Shown piece by piece: positions 61,419 to 64,000 of a stretch of DNA of 64,000 nt. Each line of letters opens with the position of its first letter. Within the stretch, counting starts at the first letter, position 1. This DNA is from an uncultured Alphaproteobacteria bacterium (lineage in GTDB: Bacteria; Pseudomonadota; Alphaproteobacteria; VGEJ01). A program made the translations under genes and the position numbers. The notes under the pieces are model-generated. The model was not told the origin of the DNA and did not search any database. It was given only the letters and a program-made list of their open reading frames with translations. The DNA lies in NCBI GenBank assembly GCA_913041535.1, contig CAJWJK010000003.1:90953-154952 (forward strand), in the 5' to 3' direction.

Positions 61419-61433
61419 CAGGCTTTGTAGAGG

Positions 61434-61483
61434 AGGGAAAACGCATTTTTCCCTGGCTTCTTGTCGTCGACTCTAGTTCGACG
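61434..61483. terminator. Paired hairpins in a convergent intergenic gap (possible terminator)
   Basis: AGGGAAAA-N5-TTTTCCCT (61434-61454) and CGTCGA-N7-TCGACG (61465-61483); no clear U-tract. Confidence 0.35.
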
Positions 61484-61539
61484 CGGACGTTAAAGTCGTT
61501 GATCGCATAAGTGAGAAAACTAAGGACTACGGATTGTAG

Positions 61540-62331
61540 TTAGTCAGCAAAATTTGTTGTGGGTATGGGTTTGTGGTCTCCGGCCTTCCAATTTCTTGCT
61601 GCTAAGCCAAATGCTTTGAATAGTGACGAATAGAATGGACGCTCCCAAACCCTCCATTCAGGGTGCCATTGGACACCGAGAGCAAAGCCGCGACCTGTCT
61701 CAGTACTGATTGCTTCGATCGTTCCGTCATCAGCTGTTGCTTCGATCACTAAATTTCGTCCAAGGCGGTCAATGCCTTGCCCATGTAACGAATTGACCTG
61801 GGCCTTTTTACATTTCGTAAGCTGTTCCAGAATTCCGTCTCGCGTTACATTAACATTGTGTACGGGTGAGTAACGTTCTATTTCGGGAATCGCATAATTA
61901 CCACGATGATCGATGTGCCCAGGAACCTCATGAAGATTTTGATGTAAAGTGCCTCCCTGGGCGACATTTAATTCCTGCATGCCGCGACAAATAGCTAGAA
62001 TTGGTATACCCCACGATAAAGCCTTGGGTAACAGATGTAGAACCGTTTCGTCTCTAGCTTTATCGCCGACGGCATTTAAATGTGGCTTTGCCCCCCCGTA
62101 GCATTGAGGATCAATATTTGAGCGACTCCCAGGGAACAGTAGTCCGTCGATCTGACGAAGAAGATCTTCAATCTGAACGCATGAGCTTAGTGCTGGTATA
62201 ATCACTGGTTGGGCGTTGGCAGCCAAGGATACAGCTGATACGTATTTCTGGCTTGTAACAAAAAAGGGGGTGTCGTCGACGGGGCGGGCATCAGCCAGTA
62301 TCCCAATTAGTGGCATAGTTTCTCGAGTCAT
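61540..62331 (-). CDS. Gamma-glutamyl-gamma-aminobutyrate hydrolase family (peptidase C26, PuuD-like)
   Basis: GLLFPGS.SNI.P..YG, AICRGMQELNVA.GG.L, VNSLHGQ, GVQWHPE. Confidence 0.88.
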   Translation of the reverse strand: MTRETMPLIGILADARPVDDTPFFVTSQKYVSAVSLAANAQPVIIPALSSCVQIEDLLRQIDGLLFPGSRSNIDPQCYGGAKPHLNAVGDKARDETVLHLLPKALSWGIPILAICRGMQELNVAQGGTLHQNLHEVPGHIDHRGNYAIPEIERYSPVHNVNVTRDGILEQLTKCKKAQVNSLHGQGIDRLGRNLVIEATADDGTIEAISTETGRGFALGVQWHPEWRVWERPFYSSLFKAFGLAARNWKAGDHKPIPTTNFAD

Positions 62332-62426
62332 TGTAAGGGGCGTCCATTAGGGTGTTGTTTGCTACGTTCAAAAGTAAGCATAAATGGTATGGTCATCCAG
62401 TTGGAAGCCTGGGGTGCTTCAATGAG

Positions 62427-63092
62427 CTACTTCCGCAACAGGTTCTCGTTTTGGGAGTCGTTGTACACAAAAAGTTTGGGATCTAAAGGGACGTTGGTTT
62501 CAGTTTGTGATAGGGTAATTTCAGTCGTTAACCCCTGTGAGTCAGTTATGATCCACTGCCTTAATCTTGTCGGTGACTGATCAAAGGTGAGTGTAAGGGA
62601 CCCTTGTTCTTCGTCATCGCGCTCGTGCAGCGTAAGCCACATGAGACCACCTTCTATCCGTAGAGTCGCCGCGACGGATTCCGAACGGAAGTCAATATTA
62701 TCTTGCGTGAGGATTGATAGAGGCGTTGAAGACATGGGAATACGTTCAAGCTGACCCAGCTCTCTGTCCTCAAACACGATCCAAAAGCTGTCACCAACAA
62801 CGAGTAATGGTGTTGGCGAGTCATACTCAAATCGAAAACGTCCAGGACGACGAAGATAGAATAAGCCCTGAGACACTGACCCATCAGGTGAAACCTGGTT
62901 AAATCGAGCACGTATTGTTTCTATCTTGGCAAGGTAAGACTCGATGCGCTCAATATGGACATCTTCTGGACTGGCTTTTGACTGGGTAGGGTATATATCT
63001 AGTGTGCAAAAAATTCCAATAATGAGGATTCCCCATAAAGGGCATCTATTTATCCATTTAAGATGCCAAATGCGCGTCACGCAAAACCTCAC
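62427..63092 (-). CDS. lolA: Outer membrane lipoprotein carrier LolA
   Basis: A.F.Q, G...[24 protein letters not shown]; follows ftsK. Confidence 0.88.
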   Translation of the reverse strand: MRFCVTRIWHLKWINRCPLWGILIIGIFCTLDIYPTQSKASPEDVHIERIESYLAKIETIRARFNQVSPDGSVSQGLFYLRRPGRFRFEYDSPTPLLVVGDSFWIVFEDRELGQLERIPMSSTPLSILTQDNIDFRSESVAATLRIEGGLMWLTLHERDDEEQGSLTLTFDQSPTRLRQWIITDSQGLTTEITLSQTETNVPLDPKLFVYNDSQNENLLRK

Positions 63093-64000
63093 GTTTACCG
63101 CTATTGCTGGCGGGGCTAACGATTCCTTCGAGCTCCATCTTTTCGATCATTCTTGCGGCGCGGTTATAGCCGATTTGTAGGTGTCGTTGAATAAAGCTAG
63201 TTGAGGCTCTACGTTCTCGGCAGACCAAGGCAATCGCTTGTTCATAAAGCTCATCAGTTAAAGATTCATTCCCAAAGCCCAGACTTATTTCGTCTGGCTC
63301 TTCGGTGATATCCTCAAGATAGTCAGGTGTACCTTGTTGCTTAAGGAAATTAACCACGGTATCTACTTCTGCATCACTGACGAAGGGGCCATGTACTCTG
63401 GTAATACGTCCACCATTTGCCATGTAAAGCATATCGCCCGCACCTAGAAGTTGTTCAGCTCCTTGTTCCCCTAGTATTGTTCGACTATCAATTCGTGACG
63501 TTACCTGGAAACTAACACGGGTTGGAAAATTAGCCTTTATTGTTCCAGTGATTACATCCACAGAGGGTCTCTGGGTGGCCATTAGAAGATGAATCCCAGC
63601 GGCTCGCGCCATTTGAGAGAGCCTTTGTACGGCGTTTTCAATATCTTTTCCTGCCAATAGCATCAAGTCTGCCATTTCATCCACCACCACAACGATTGAT
63701 GGAAGAGGAGTTAGCTCTAGTGGCTGGTCTTCAAACACTGGCTCGCCTGTTTCAGAGTCAAAGCCAGTCTGAACTGTTCTTTTAATTATTTGTCCTTTAG
63801 CAGCTGCGTCCTCCAGTTTTTTGTTGTAACTAGCGATATTACGAACACCAAGCTTAGATAATGCTTGGTATCGGTTTTCCATTTCACGCACTGTCCACTT
63901 CAATGCAACAACCGCTTTTCTAGGGTTTGTTACAACTGGGGCCAGAAGATGTGGAATACCATCATAAGCTGAAAGTTCCAGCATCTTAGGGTCAATCATA
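63058..64000 (-). CDS. ftsK: DNA translocase FtsK (C-terminal part; 5' end outside window)
   Basis: [44 protein letters not shown], gamma domain [16 protein letters not shown]. Confidence 0.97.
   Translation of the reverse strand, partial: MIDPKMLELSAYDGIPHLLAPVVTNPRKAVVALKWTVREMENRYQALSKLGVRNIASYNKKLEDAAAKGQIIKRTVQTGFDSETGEPVFEDQPLELTPLPSIVVVVDEMADLMLLAGKDIENAVQRLSQMARAAGIHLLMATQRPSVDVITGTIKANFPTRVSFQVTSRIDSRTILGEQGAEQLLGAGDMLYMANGGRITRVHGPFVSDAEVDTVVNFLKQQGTPDYLEDITEEPDEISLGFGNESLTDELYEQAIALVCRERRASTSFIQRHLQIGYNRAARMIEKMELEGIVSPASNSGKREVLRDAHLAS

Noticed and set aside
1-64000. Mobile elements, prophage, CRISPR arrays, defence systems, rRNA or complete tRNA genes
   Set aside because: No transposase, integrase, phage or cas ORFs, no regularly spaced repeats, and intergenic gaps show no complete RNA gene signatures by eye.

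Overview
Gene-dense chromosomal window from a free-living alphaproteobacterium. Gene content and order look Rhodospirillales-like; GC looks mid-40s % by eye (not computed). Most of it is core genome: rimI-tsaB, trpS-murJ, frmA, a cenR-like regulator, ribA, yggS, leuS-lptE-holA, hrcA-grpE-dnaK-dnaJ, rph-rdgB-hemW, lpoA/rsmI/BON/gshB, olsB-mutS, lolA-ftsK. I saw no transposase, integrase, phage gene, CRISPR array, rRNA or complete tRNA. Two loci stand out. (1) At 14.2-20.2 kb, a sulfation module surrounds the porin gene: an APS kinase fused to a CysN-like domain whose GTPase motifs are all lost, an intact PAPS-dependent sulfotransferase, and a TPR-sulfotransferase with eroded PAPS motifs and an apparent ATA start. 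(2) At about 42-61.4 kb, an 11-gene tightly coupled operon encodes 4 glycosyltransferases, a histidine phosphatase, a CE4-like deacetylase, a membrane protein and an Opp/Dpp-type importer. It sits divergent from an ABC exporter-like gene with a degenerate, internally expanded NBD, a stand-alone cNMP-binding protein and a methyltransferase, with a motif-dead MBL hydrolase, a second methyltransferase and a DMT transporter at the other end. This looks like an uncharacterised cyclic-nucleotide-linked system for making, exporting and re-importing a glycan or glycoside. Other oddities are a tRNA-like 3' half overlapping the trpS stop, a degenerate receiver in the CenR-like regulator, and gene order suggesting an old ~34-kb inversion that separated mutS from murJ. 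All family calls come from motif recognition by eye; no database searches were run.
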